Shown piece after piece: positions 40,084 through 50,617 of a stretch of 64,000 nucleotides of DNA. The DNA lies in contig CAYNYK010000003.1 in NCBI GenBank assembly GCA_964401335.1, forward strand, positions 6,222 through 70,221. Direction: 5' to 3'. Below the pieces are notes generated by a model, which had not been told where the DNA came from, did no database searches, and saw nothing but the letters and a program-made list of their open reading frames with translations. Source of the stretch: an uncultured Planctomycetales bacterium. Its GTDB lineage: Bacteria > Planctomycetota > Phycisphaerae > UBA1845 > PWPN01. Made by a program: the position numbers and the translations under genes. How positions within the stretch are numbered: position 1 is the first letter of the stretch; each line of letters starts with the position of its first letter.

Positions 40084-41451
40084 ATGAAAAAGATCCTGAT
40101 ACTTATTATCCTTGCGGGTTTGCTGGTCGGGGCCGGTGCCTTGTATTGGAACCGCGGTAGTGCGCCGAGCGTTGTTTATCGCACGGAAACGGTCAGCCGG
40201 GGAAATTTGGTTGTCTTTATCCCGGCAACCGGCACCATTGAACCGGAGGAAGTCATCGATGTCGGTGCCCAGGTGGGTGGTCTGATTCTGTCGTTCGGCA
40301 CGGACGCGGACGGCAAGACGGTGGATTACGGCTCGCCGGTAGAGGCGGGAACGGTACTGGCGCGGATTGACGATGCCCTCTACAAGTCTGAGTTGGTCCA
40401 GGCCGAGGCCCAGGTCTTGTCCGCGCAGGGCGGGTTGCGCCGGGCCGAGGCGGACCTGGAGCAGGCGAAGGCCAAGCTGTATCAGGCCGAGCGAAACTGG
40501 GAACGAGCCCAGAAATTGGGTGCATCATCATCGGCGCTGGCGGCCACGGACTACGACAACTACAAGGCGTCCTACGAAGTCGCCAAAGCGACGGTCTTGA
40601 TTAATGAAGCGGCGATCATCGAGGCCCAGGGCAACCTGGCCCAGGCCAGAGGCATGGAGGAACGGGCCCGGCGCAATTTGGGCTATACAACCATTACCTC
40701 GCCGGTCAAGGGGGTCATCATTGATCGACGCGTCAATATCGGTCAAACCGTTATCGCGAGCATGAATGCCCCCAGCCTTTTCCTGATCGCCAAAGACCTG
40801 ACCCGCATTCAAGTCTGGGTGGCCGTCAACGAAACGGATATCGGTCGATTGCATCCCGGTCAGCCGGTAACGTTCACGGTAACCACGTTTCCCAATGAAA
40901 CGTTCAAGGGGCGGGTGGGCAAGATTCGTCTAAACGCGTCGATGACTCAAAACGTCGTCACCTATACCGTCGAGGTGGTGGCCGACAATCCTCAAGGCAG
41001 ATTGTTACCCTATCTTACCGCGGATGTTAAGTTCGAGTTGGAACGTCATGATCATGTGCTGATGGTCCCCAACGAGGCTTTGGAATGGACCCCGACCCCG
41101 GAGCAAATTGCGCCCGAAGCGCGCAAAGCCTTCGAAAATGAAACCGCCGCGGCTTTACCGAATCAGGAAGCCCGTCCCGCCGCTTCCCGACCGACCGAGC
41201 GCGTGCATGATCAGGATCGTCCCGGTGTATTGTGGATTCCCGAAGGGCAATTCGTGCGGCCTGTTTTCGTCCAAGTCGGCGCTACGGATGACGTTAAGAC
41301 GGTGGTGCAAGGGGAGGGATTGACCGAGAATCTGCCGGTGGTAACCGGCGAGGAAGAAAACCGTACCGCCAGCCAATCCACGGGTAGCACCAATCCGTTC
41401 CTGCCGAAGTTGCCGCGCTTCCGAAGAAGCGGTCCACCACCGCCCATGTGA
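40084..41451 (+). CDS. Efflux pump periplasmic adaptor (HlyD/MacA-like membrane fusion protein)
   Basis: An N-terminal anchor, a coiled-coil hairpin (AEADLEQAKAKLYQAERNWERAQKL) and barrel-sandwich strings (GYTTITSPVKGVIIDRRVNIGQTV). Confidence 0.85.
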   Translation: MKKILILIILAGLLVGAGALYWNRGSAPSVVYRTETVSRGNLVVFIPATGTIEPEEVIDVGAQVGGLILSFGTDADGKTVDYGSPVEAGTVLARIDDALYKSELVQAEAQVLSAQGGLRRAEADLEQAKAKLYQAERNWERAQKLGASSSALAATDYDNYKASYEVAKATVLINEAAIIEAQGNLAQARGMEERARRNLGYTTITSPVKGVIIDRRVNIGQTVIASMNAPSLFLIAKDLTRIQVWVAVNETDIGRLHPGQPVTFTVTTFPNETFKGRVGKIRLNASMTQNVVTYTVEVVADNPQGRLLPYLTADVKFELERHDHVLMVPNEALEWTPTPEQIAPEARKAFENETAAALPNQEARPAASRPTERVHDQDRPGVLWIPEGQFVRPVFVQVGATDDVKTVVQGEGLTENLPVVTGEEENRTASQSTGSTNPFLPKLPRFRRSGPPPPM

Positions 41452-41480
41452 GCGCAGCGACATGGTTGTGAGGCTGAGTC

Positions 41481-42233
41481 ATGCCTATGATTCAACTTGA
41501 AGATATCTGCAAGACGTACTATCTCGGCGAAATCAGCGTGCCGGTACTCAAGAACGTTTCCTTGACCGTCGAGCGCGGCGAGTTGGTCGCCCTGATGGGC
41601 GCCTCGGGCTCGGGCAAGAGCACCTTGATGAATATTCTGGGCTGCCTCGATCGGCCGAGTTCCGGTCGATACTGGTTGGACGGCAAGGACGTATCGAAGT
41701 TGTCGATCGCGCAGCGGGCCATGGAAAGGAACCAAAAGATCGGCTTCGTGTTTCAGAATTTCAACCTCCTGCCGCGCACGAGCGCCTTGGATAACGTGGC
41801 CATGCCCCTGACGTACACGGCTGAGCATCTTTCGGAACGCGAAACCCGGCGCCGGGCTCGGGACATGCTCTGCCGGTTTGGGCTGGAGGATCGTTTGGAT
41901 CACGAACCCTCGCAGTTGTCGGGCGGCCAGCAGCAGAGAGTGGCCATCGCCCGCGCTCTGGTCAATCATCCCCCCCTGCTGTTCGCCGATGAACCCACGG
42001 GGAATCTCGACTCCAAAACGAGCGTGGACGTGCTCCGTATATTTCAACAGCTCAACACGGAAGACGGTCTGACCATCGTCTTGGTTACGCACGATGCCAA
42101 TGTCGCCAAGTACGCCAACCGCATCATTCATATTCGCGACGGTGCTATCCTGAACGGGGTATTGCCCGACCGCAACGACCCGCAAAGGATTTCAGGAGCG
42201 CAGCCCTGCGAGATGGAAGGGGCCGGTATATGA
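41481..42233 (+). CDS. ABC transporter ATP-binding protein (MacB/LolD type)
   Basis: Walker A GASGSGKST, the signature LSGGQQQRVAIARAL, and Walker B LLFADEPTGNLD. Confidence 0.95.
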   Translation: MPMIQLEDICKTYYLGEISVPVLKNVSLTVERGELVALMGASGSGKSTLMNILGCLDRPSSGRYWLDGKDVSKLSIAQRAMERNQKIGFVFQNFNLLPRTSALDNVAMPLTYTAEHLSERETRRRARDMLCRFGLEDRLDHEPSQLSGGQQQRVAIARALVNHPPLLFADEPTGNLDSKTSVDVLRIFQQLNTEDGLTIVLVTHDANVAKYANRIIHIRDGAILNGVLPDRNDPQRISGAQPCEMEGAGI

Positions 42234-43603
42234 GAATCTTACGCACCAGCAAGACCGCCATGAGGGCCCTGCGACGCAATCCCATGCGGGCGGCGCTGAC
42301 CACGCTGGGTATCGTGATCGGTGTCGGTGCGGTCATCGCCATGATGGAAATCGGCGCGGGTTCCTCGTCGCAAATTCAAAAGGGTATCTCCACCATGGGC
42401 GCGAACGTGTTGCTCATCATGCCCGGCACGACCACCACGGCGGGGGTTCCTTCCGGTACCGGCCGCAGTACCACTCAAACACCCCAGTATTGCGACGCGA
42501 TTCTCCGCAAATGTTCCGCGGTGCTTACCGCCGCCCCGGTGGTGCGGGCCCGCACCCAGGTTGTTTATGGAAGTCGTAACTGGGAACCCAATAATATCTA
42601 CGGCACGACCCCCGCCTTTCTGGAGGTCCGGCAGTGGGGCCGTTTGGCCGCAGGCAAGATGTTTTCCGAGCGGGACATCCTCAACGGCAATCGCGTTTGC
42701 GTCATCGGCCAGACGTTGGTACGCGAGTTGTTTCAGGGTCGCTCGCCCATCGGCCAGGAAATCCGCGTGAAGAATGTTACCTTTCGGGTCATCGGCGTTC
42801 TGAACAAAAAGGGGGCCAACATGATGGGCATGGATCAGGATGATATTGTCATCGCTCCCTGGTCCACCATCAAGTACCGGGTGACCGGCTCGGCCCTGGG
42901 CTCGACCAACCAAAGTATCAGCAGCTCGAGCGGCAACAGTTCCCTGAATACGCTGAGTAATCTCTATCCCAGCGGACAGACCAGTCTCTATCCGGAGCAA
43001 TCCGAAGTGCAGGCGGCGAACAACCCCATGTTAAGACGCTTCACCAACGTCGACCAGATTCTCGCGGTGGCCCGGGATGCCAAGTCGATCCAACCGGCGA
43101 TCAAACAGATCACCGAGTTACTTCGGAAGCGCCATAATTTGCAAGACGCCGCCGCCAACGATTTCGACGTGCGGGACATGACCGAGATGCACAACATGCT
43201 CACTTCGACCACCTCCATGATGACGAATCTGTTGTTGTGCGTGGCCACGATTTCCCTCATCGTCGGCGGGGTTGGGATCATGAACATCATGCTGGTTTCG
43301 GTAACCGAGCGTACCCGCGAGATCGGGTTGCGCATGGCCGTCGGCGCCCAGCCGCGCGACATTCTTCGCCAGTTTTTGGTCGAAGCGGTCGCCTTATGTC
43401 TGCTCGGCGGAGGGCTGGGAATTGCCTTGGGACGGGGAGCGTCGGCCCTGGTGCGGATGATGCTTAACTGGCCGACCGAGTTATCGGTGGGGGCGATCGT
43501 CGCGGCCGTGGTGGTTTCGGCGAGTGTCGGCATATTGTTCGGATACTACCCGGCGTGGAAAGCCGCCCACCTCGACCCGATTGAGGCTCTCCGGTACGAG
43601 TAA
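42230..43603 (+). CDS. ABC transporter permease (MacB-type, FtsX fold with large periplasmic domain)
   Basis: ATGA overlap with the ATPase gene. The N-terminus is [25 protein letters not shown] and the C-terminal FtsX strings are [27 protein letters not shown] and [18 protein letters not shown]. Confidence 0.9.
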   Translation: MRILRTSKTAMRALRRNPMRAALTTLGIVIGVGAVIAMMEIGAGSSSQIQKGISTMGANVLLIMPGTTTTAGVPSGTGRSTTQTPQYCDAILRKCSAVLTAAPVVRARTQVVYGSRNWEPNNIYGTTPAFLEVRQWGRLAAGKMFSERDILNGNRVCVIGQTLVRELFQGRSPIGQEIRVKNVTFRVIGVLNKKGANMMGMDQDDIVIAPWSTIKYRVTGSALGSTNQSISSSSGNSSLNTLSNLYPSGQTSLYPEQSEVQAANNPMLRRFTNVDQILAVARDAKSIQPAIKQITELLRKRHNLQDAAANDFDVRDMTEMHNMLTSTTSMMTNLLLCVATISLIVGGVGIMNIMLVSVTERTREIGLRMAVGAQPRDILRQFLVEAVALCLLGGGLGIALGRGASALVRMMLNWPTELSVGAIVAAVVVSASVGILFGYYPAWKAAHLDPIEALRYE

Positions 43604-43668
43604 AAACATCCTTAGGCCCTCGACCCGCGCGGCCCCGGCCGTGGTTCATGATAACGTGGAGATGTCCC

Positions 43669-45273
43669 ATGAGACAGGTATCGGTTTGGTTGATTTTTCT
43701 GGCTGGAAGCGTAACCGGCGGATGCATGGTCGGACCGAACTACACGCGTCCGGACGTGACCACGCCGGCCGATTGGAGCGAACTGAAAGCGGACGCGGCG
43801 GCGACTCAGCCCGCGAGCCCGACCACCCGGCCGACCAGTCAACCGTGCGATGTGGCCATGTGGTGGAAGCGACTGAATGATCCGACGCTCGATTCGCTGA
43901 TCAGCCGGGCCGTTGAATCGAATCTGGACCTGAAAATCGCCACGGCGCGCGTCCGCGAGGCCAGGGCCCAACGCAACTCCGCCGCCGCCGGTCTCTGGCC
44001 GCAGGTCGGTCTGTCCGGCGATTACAACTATCGAGGATCCAGCCTGAATACGGGGGCCAAGTCCTCGAACGACACCAACCTGCTCAAGGACGCCCGCAAC
44101 ACGGCCATCAATTCGGCCGTCCAATCGCTGGCCGCCGGCCAAGGTATTGATCCCGTGGAAATCGCCACCGGGACGGCCAACCAGGTTCTCACCAGTGCCA
44201 TCAACAATAAAACGTCGGATGACAACCAGGCCGCGCATCGTGGTCAGAACATCTTCCAGGCGGGATTCGACGCCAGTTGGGAACTGGATGTGTTCGGCGG
44301 TTTGCGGCGTGGCGTCGAGGCGGCCGAAGCGGATATCGCGGCGTCGGAGGAGGATCGGCGATCGGTCATCGTTTCGTTGGTGTCGGAAGTGGCCCTCAAC
44401 TATGTACAGTTGAGGGGATACCAGCAACGATTGGCGATCGCGTTTGAGAATATCGAAACCCAGCGCGAAACGGTTGAGTTGACCCAGGAGAGGGTCTCGG
44501 CGGAATTCGCGAGCAGACTGGAAGAGGCCCAAGCCCGGACGCAACTGGCCACCACGACCTCGCAGGTTCCCGTGCTGCAGGATGCGATTCGTCAGACCAT
44601 TTACCGCTTAAGCATCCTCCTCGGACTCTCGCCGGGCGGGCTATTACCTGAGCTCGAACAGGCCGCGGCGATTCCCGCGCCGCCTGCCGATGTGCCCGTC
44701 GGGTTGCCTTCCGAGCTGCTCCGTCGGCGACCGGACATACGTTCCGCCGAAAGGCAACTCGCGGCGGCCACCGCACGCATTGGTGAAGCCATCGCGGACT
44801 TGTTCCCCAGGTTCTCGCTTACCGGCTCCTTTGGTGCACAGAGTCGGGACATCCGGTTGCTTCTTGAACGCGACAGCCTGTTCTGGTCGGTGGGACCGGC
44901 GATTTCCTGGCCGATTTTCCAGGGAGGAAGTATTCGGGCGAACATCGAAATTCAAAACGCTCGCCAGGAGCAGGCCTTGGCCACCTACGAGCTGACCGTG
45001 CTGAACGCCTTGAATGAGGTGGAGGCCGCGCTGTCCGCCTATTCGAACGAACAAATTCGGCGCCAGTCACTCGAGGAGGCGGTTCGGAACAGCCAAAAAG
45101 CCACCGAACTGAGTATGCAACTCTACACCAACGGCATGGCCGCCTTTCTGAATGTACTCGAAGCTCAACGCACATTGTTCGCGTCTCAAGAAGCCCTGGT
45201 TCAGAGTGAAACGACCATTACCACCGACCTGATCGCCCTGTATAAAGCGCTGGGCGGAGGATGGGAGGAATGA
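43669..45273 (+). CDS. Outer-membrane efflux lipoprotein (NodT/TolC family)
   Basis: GGAG RBS and a lipobox-type signal ending in GGC, followed by MVGPNYTRP. Duplicated OEP repeats follow, with LYKALGGGW at the C-terminus. Confidence 0.9.
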   Translation: MRQVSVWLIFLAGSVTGGCMVGPNYTRPDVTTPADWSELKADAAATQPASPTTRPTSQPCDVAMWWKRLNDPTLDSLISRAVESNLDLKIATARVREARAQRNSAAAGLWPQVGLSGDYNYRGSSLNTGAKSSNDTNLLKDARNTAINSAVQSLAAGQGIDPVEIATGTANQVLTSAINNKTSDDNQAAHRGQNIFQAGFDASWELDVFGGLRRGVEAAEADIAASEEDRRSVIVSLVSEVALNYVQLRGYQQRLAIAFENIETQRETVELTQERVSAEFASRLEEAQARTQLATTTSQVPVLQDAIRQTIYRLSILLGLSPGGLLPELEQAAAIPAPPADVPVGLPSELLRRRPDIRSAERQLAAATARIGEAIADLFPRFSLTGSFGAQSRDIRLLLERDSLFWSVGPAISWPIFQGGSIRANIEIQNARQEQALATYELTVLNALNEVEAALSAYSNEQIRRQSLEEAVRNSQKATELSMQLYTNGMAAFLNVLEAQRTLFASQEALVQSETTITTDLIALYKALGGGWEE

Positions 45274-45446
45274 TAGGTATGAAATGCACCTATTCCCACG
45301 TTCCTGCTTAATTTTAAGGTGCCAAGTAACTTTTGGGAGCCGACGAAGCGTCTCCTGTAAAGTGCCGTGGTTTCTCAATCGGCGGGATGTTTACCATGCT
45401 CCGCGATTAAAGATGAGGTTGTCCTATCCATCTCGGCGGCCGTACG

Positions 45447-48353
45447 TCAGGGTTCGTGGGCTGGGTTTTTCTTTGGTGGGCTCACCTTTTTCCGTTCCGG
45501 TTTCTCGGGCATCTCACCGGGCTTGTCCGCGTAGTCCGGGACGACATAACCGGTGATCTTGACCTGCCGCTCGAACTCCTCCTGCATTTGCGTCAGGAGG
45601 TTTCCATATTGCGGATCGTCGACGAGGTTTTTCGTCTCGTAGGGATCGTTCGCGAGATCAAACAGCTCCGTCCACTCTTCGTGGCCGGGGTATTTGATGA
45701 GCTTGGCGGTCTCGGTGCGGACGGCGACCACCGATGGGCTGAAAGCATATTGATTCTCCAGGAAATATTCCGCGAGAAACGCCTTTCGCCAATCCACCTT
45801 TTTGCCTGTTAACAGCGGCACCCAGCTTTGGCCTTGCATATCGCTGGGCACGGCCACCCCCGCGAGTTCAAGGAAGGTTGGGGCCAGATCGATATTCAAA
45901 ACCATTTCGTCGAGCGTTTTCCCCTTCGGTACAAGTTTCGGATACCGAATAATCAGCGGGATACGGAGGGATTCATCATACGCGGTGCGTTTGTCGCCCA
46001 ACCCGTGCTCGCCTCGGTAATACCCGTTATCACTGGCGAAAACGACCACGGTGTTCTCGGTCAAACCGAGTTCGTCGAGCGCCGCGAGCAGTCGTCCGAG
46101 ATTATCGTCCGCCGTTGAAACGCTGCGGAGGTAATCGAGATGTCCTTTATTTTTCTGGTTGGCGGCCGGGCGCGAAGCGGCGTCCTCCTTCTTTTTCGAC
46201 TCGTCACGAGCCGGCCGGTAGATGGCGCGGACATCCAGATTGGGAACCGGCCGGACAACGGCGTTAGCGAAACGGTCCTTGGCCCGTTCCGGTAAGTCAT
46301 ACGGTCCATGACAGGCCTTGTAGCCGACGATCATGGAGAAAGGCCGGTCGCGATGCTTTTTCATGAATTCGATGGCATAGTCGGTCGAGACATCATCAAC
46401 CCACCCGCTGGTCGGCGTGACTTGGCCGTTGATCTCGAACGGGCAATCGAAGTACCTGCCCTGGCCGACGAAACTCGCGGAATAATCGAAACCCGGGCGC
46501 TGGCCGCGCTGCTGATCCATGTGCCACTTGCCGATATACGCCGTCGTATAGCCCGCCGCCCGTAAGAGGGTGGCGTGGGTGATGTTGTCTTCCGGAAAAG
46601 GCGTGGCATTGTTGGCCACCCCGTTCAGGTGATTATATCGACCGGTGAGAAACGCCGCGCGGCTCGGGGAACAGAGCGAGCAGGTGACGAACGCATTGCG
46701 AAACCGCACACCCTCGGCCGCCAGGCGATCCATGTTCGGCGTCTGGAACTGCGGGAATCGGCCCCGCTCGCCTTGCTCGCGTTGCACGACCCCCATGGCG
46801 TCCCAGCGCTGATCGTCGGTGTAAACGAACAGAAAATGGGGTCTGCCGTCGGCGGCCCGCGTGGTCGGGGTTGCCGACAAGGCGTCCGGTCGCGTATGGC
46901 CTTGGTCCCGGGCCGCGGATAGAAACTTTCTCATCTTCGCCGCGATCTCAGTGTTGGCGGCCAAAACATTTTGAGTTTCCGATGGATCTTCCTTGAGGTT
47001 GAATAATTCGTCTTCTTGCGGCGTGATTTTGGCTCCCTTGGCGGCTTGCTTTGGGCCGCTCCTTTTGCGAACGGACTCGAACTGCGGCACATTGGCCCGC
47101 TCGATCAGTTTCCAATCGCCCATACGAAGGCCGTAAATGGCATTGCCCGCCTGAACAATGACATGATCGCGTATAGGTTTGCCGGGTTGGGGTTCCGTGA
47201 AAGCACGCAACATGTCGAAGCTGTCCTCGGCGTTATCCTTCGGTAGCGGCACCTGGAAAATACCGGCCAGGGTAGCCAGTATGTCCGTAAGACAGATAAC
47301 CTGATCGCTTACCGTGCCGGCGGGGACTCGGCCGGGCCAGCGGACAATGAACGGTTCCCGAAAACCGCCTTCCCATTCCGAGTTCTTGCCGCCGCGCAGC
47401 GGCCCGTTGATCGCCAGGCCCGCCTTGATGGCCTCGGCGGAACTCTGGTTGCGCGGATTCACCACGCCCCCGTTATCACTCGTGAAAATAACCAAGGTCT
47501 TATCGGCGAGCTTGAGTTTGTCGAGTTGCTCGAGGATCTGCCCCACGCTCCAGTCGAGTTCCTGGATGAAATCGCCGTATTTGCCATAGGGGCTGCCGGT
47601 GAATTGCGGATGAGGCGTGATCGGTTCGTGGACTGCGATCGGCGCATAGTACATGAAGAACGGCCGGTCGTGGTTGGCTTCGATCCACCGGGTGACGCTC
47701 TTGGTCAACGTCTCCATGACGCGGTCGGGCTCCCATTGTTTTTGAATGCCGGTCGTTATGGTGGTTGCCGGGCCTGTGACGTGATTGATGATAGGTTCGC
47801 CGGGAATGTGCCCGGTGACTTGTTCATTTTCGATGAGGCTGTTCGGGCCGTTACTGATATTGGCCGCCAGGCCGTAGAAATAGTCAAAACCGATATCCCG
47901 CGGGCCCGGTCGGAGCGGTTGGCTCCAATCCTTTACGCGACCGGTTGTCAATCCCAGGTGCCATTTGCCGATCGCGGCGGTCGCGTAACCCTGGGCCTTG
48001 CATAAGGACGCCAGGGTGAGCCGATTCGTTTCGATGTGCAAAGGCGCATCGACATGTAAAACGAAGCCGTCCTTGACGCCCGTGCGCCAATAATAGCGGC
48101 CGGTCATCAGAGCGTAGCGGGAAGGAGAACAGAGCGAACCCGGCGCGTAGGCCTGGGTAAACCGCCGGCCTTCGCTGGCGAGCCGGTCGAGGTTCGGCGT
48201 TTTCAATTCCGGAGGCGCGCCATAGCAGCCGACGCTGCCCCATCCGTAATCGTCGGCCAGAATGACGATGATATTCGGCTTGTCCGGTGTTGCGGAAGCG
48301 AATACCGCTGTCGCCAGGATCGGTGCAATGAGGAAGGGTAGTAATGTTTTCAT
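45447..48353 (-). CDS. Tandem two-domain sulfatase (two complete formylglycine-type sulfatase modules in one 968-aa protein)
   Basis: Module 1 has NIIVILADDYGWGSVGCYG and LCSPSRYALMTGRY. Module 2 has HFLFVYTDDQRWDAMG and LCSPSRAAFLTGRY. The modules are joined near 46.85 kb by ALSATPTTRAADGRP. Confidence 0.9.
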   Translation of the reverse strand: MKTLLPFLIAPILATAVFASATPDKPNIIVILADDYGWGSVGCYGAPPELKTPNLDRLASEGRRFTQAYAPGSLCSPSRYALMTGRYYWRTGVKDGFVLHVDAPLHIETNRLTLASLCKAQGYATAAIGKWHLGLTTGRVKDWSQPLRPGPRDIGFDYFYGLAANISNGPNSLIENEQVTGHIPGEPIINHVTGPATTITTGIQKQWEPDRVMETLTKSVTRWIEANHDRPFFMYYAPIAVHEPITPHPQFTGSPYGKYGDFIQELDWSVGQILEQLDKLKLADKTLVIFTSDNGGVVNPRNQSSAEAIKAGLAINGPLRGGKNSEWEGGFREPFIVRWPGRVPAGTVSDQVICLTDILATLAGIFQVPLPKDNAEDSFDMLRAFTEPQPGKPIRDHVIVQAGNAIYGLRMGDWKLIERANVPQFESVRKRSGPKQAAKGAKITPQEDELFNLKEDPSETQNVLAANTEIAAKMRKFLSAARDQGHTRPDALSATPTTRAADGRPHFLFVYTDDQRWDAMGVVQREQGERGRFPQFQTPNMDRLAAEGVRFRNAFVTCSLCSPSRAAFLTGRYNHLNGVANNATPFPEDNITHATLLRAAGYTTAYIGKWHMDQQRGQRPGFDYSASFVGQGRYFDCPFEINGQVTPTSGWVDDVSTDYAIEFMKKHRDRPFSMIVGYKACHGPYDLPERAKDRFANAVVRPVPNLDVRAIYRPARDESKKKEDAASRPAANQKNKGHLDYLRSVSTADDNLGRLLAALDELGLTENTVVVFASDNGYYRGEHGLGDKRTAYDESLRIPLIIRYPKLVPKGKTLDEMVLNIDLAPTFLELAGVAVPSDMQGQSWVPLLTGKKVDWRKAFLAEYFLENQYAFSPSVVAVRTETAKLIKYPGHEEWTELFDLANDPYETKNLVDDPQYGNLLTQMQEEFERQVKITGYVVPDYADKPGEMPEKPERKKVSPPKKNPAHEP

Positions 48354-48845
48354 AATGCGGTCATTCTATTCCTGCATCCCTGCAAGTGCAACTTGACCTC
48401 ATTTCCGACAAGGTGTGACTTTGGCAATTACGTGACCTTCATGGTGAATGACCCCGTTCGTCGCCATAACGAACTCGATGAGAGATTTCCGGCCGGTCAA
48501 CGGGTGGAAAGCGATCTCCGCCAGAGCTATGCGCCCTGCTTCCGAGGTGATATATCCATTTCCCCGCCACCAATCGCTTCTTGGTTGGCAGGACCGGTTC
48601 CCGTAACCCGGCGGTGATCGTCGTCCGCGATAGTCCTATCGCCACCGCCGTTAATCCCGCCCCGACCCAGTTTATGGGCCTCCGCCACTGCCCATCCACC
48701 TCGCCGCCGCTCGTCCAGCTCCATATATAACAAGGCGGCACTTGCGTCGAATTCGTCTGATGGCCGGTATATCCTGATCATGTAGCGCTAGGCAACAGAT
48801 GACGAACGAAAGGAATAATTGTCCAAGTTATTTTTGAGCGAGCCC

Positions 48846-49637
48846 TTAGATGGTTTCTTTGGGTTCCTGCAGCAGGGTATTGAGCTCGTCGCGCAAACGG
48901 GCGGCGTCCTCGTAGCGCTCATCGCGCAGGGCGCGGTTGAGCTGGCTTTTCAGTTTGCGAATGGGATCCACGGGCAGAAAGCCGCGCACCTGCCGGCGCA
49001 GGGCCTTGAGGACCTGGACCTCTCCGCTCATCCGGTACGCGTGCGGCATGCCGAAACGCTCGAAGAAGTTTTTTATCGTGGTGAGGCCGTTCTCCACGTG
49101 GACCAGGGCCGTGCGATACGCCCCGTGGTCCATGCTCAGCAGCCCCTTGCTCCGCGCGTTCATCATGATGATGTAAGGCCGATATTGTTCCATGGCCAAC
49201 TGGTCCGCCTCGTTTTCGGCGTACTTGGCGCAGAAGTCCAGCAAGTCGAGGTTGCGCTGCGTGTCTCGGATGACCGCTTCGTAATCCTCGAGCACGAAGT
49301 TGGCCAGGTAGCGTTTGTAATACTGCACTGCCTCCTCGCGCAGGTCCTGACATTCCTCCGCGTTCAGGACGAACCCCAGGTCGGTCCCGTTGCGTTCGAT
49401 ATAGATGGCGCATTGTTTCTGATGATATTCCAGGAGCGATTCGCAATTGTGCGGACGCCGACCGTCCGGCCGGCCGTGCGGCTCGATCTGTAATACACCC
49501 AGATCAACCCGCATCTGAATCTTGACCTGATTGTTCTCGCCCCGGATTTTACGGACGTTGATCTGGCCCGATTCATAAGGCCAGTTGCTGATGATCGGTT
49601 TTAAATCTTTTGATGTAAACATCTTAGGATCGGACAT
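48846..49637 (-). CDS. UVR-domain-containing protein of unknown function
   Basis: The C-terminal UvrB/UvrC-type motif is KLKSQLNRALRDERYEDAARLRDELNTL. I do not recognise the rest. Confidence 0.7.
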   Translation of the reverse strand: MSDPKMFTSKDLKPIISNWPYESGQINVRKIRGENNQVKIQMRVDLGVLQIEPHGRPDGRRPHNCESLLEYHQKQCAIYIERNGTDLGFVLNAEECQDLREEAVQYYKRYLANFVLEDYEAVIRDTQRNLDLLDFCAKYAENEADQLAMEQYRPYIIMMNARSKGLLSMDHGAYRTALVHVENGLTTIKNFFERFGMPHAYRMSGEVQVLKALRRQVRGFLPVDPIRKLKSQLNRALRDERYEDAARLRDELNTLLQEPKETI

Positions 49638-49982
49638 TGGCCGTCTCCCATCTCAGGCCGTCGGGTCGACTCCCCACCGGGTCGTCCCCCTCTACTATCA
49701 TAGACTATTGGGGGGGCGGGTTCCAATAAAATATTTACCCCCCACCCTGGAAAAAAGTTTCATCAAGGATACCCTTGTTGATTATCGGAACATCGCCACT
49801 GATTGCCGCACAGCAAGTCGTTAAAAAAATAGCCCCTTTACCGGACGTGGTTTATACTCTTTCATGGCCGGCTGGCCTAAACTCCAAAGAAAGGATAGGG
49901 GCTTGTCGGTTACAAAGTAAACGAAAGCTTTAGCCGTCTGGGACTGGGATATAAAGTCTCTTACCGAAAAGGAGTTACGCCG

Positions 49983-50594
49983 ATGAGAATCAAAACCGTT
50001 GTTACCGTCCTACTGAGTCTGAGCTTCTGCGCCTTGGTCTACACCCAACTGAACGCCGCATCCGCCGCGGCTGAAGCCAAGGCCGAGATCGGGAAGGCGG
50101 CCCCGGACTTCAGCCTGAAGGATTCCTTAGGGAAAACCTTTACCCTGTCCGAGTTCAAGGACCGGATCGTGGTCCTCGAATGGCTGAACCGCGATTGCCC
50201 GGTGGTCCGCGAAGCCCATCAGAAAAAACGGGTCATGCAGGAAACCTACGCCAAGTACGCCGGCAAGGGTGTGATCTGGCTGGGCATCGATACGACCCAC
50301 GGACGCCAACCCGAACAGAACCGGGTATGGGCCGCCGAGGTTGGGTTGGCTTATCCGATTTTGTTCGACGAGGAGGGCAAGGTCGGACGCGCCTACGGGG
50401 CCACGAACACACCGCATATGTTTGTGATCGACAAGCACGGCAAGCTGGCCTACATGGGCGCGATCGACGATCAGGGTAAGACCAACTACGTCGAGGAGGC
50501 CATCAAGGACTTGCTCGACGGCAAGGCGGTCAGCAAACCGGAGACCAAGCCTTACGGCTGCTCGGTGAAATACCCACCGGCGAAGGCTGAATAA
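49983..50594 (+). CDS. Secreted thioredoxin-fold redoxin (TlpA/AhpC-TSA-like) with a single-Cys active-site region
   Basis: AAGGAG RBS and a signal peptide. GKAAPDFSLKDSLGKTFTLSEFKDRIVVLEWLNRDCPVV occupies the position of the CxxC motif, and NTPHMFVIDKHGKLAY is present. Confidence 0.8.
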   Translation: MRIKTVVTVLLSLSFCALVYTQLNAASAAAEAKAEIGKAAPDFSLKDSLGKTFTLSEFKDRIVVLEWLNRDCPVVREAHQKKRVMQETYAKYAGKGVIWLGIDTTHGRQPEQNRVWAAEVGLAYPILFDEEGKVGRAYGATNTPHMFVIDKHGKLAYMGAIDDQGKTNYVEEAIKDLLDGKAVSKPETKPYGCSVKYPPAKAE

Positions 50595-50617
50595 GGCCTA
50601 GCGGATAGGGAAAGGTT

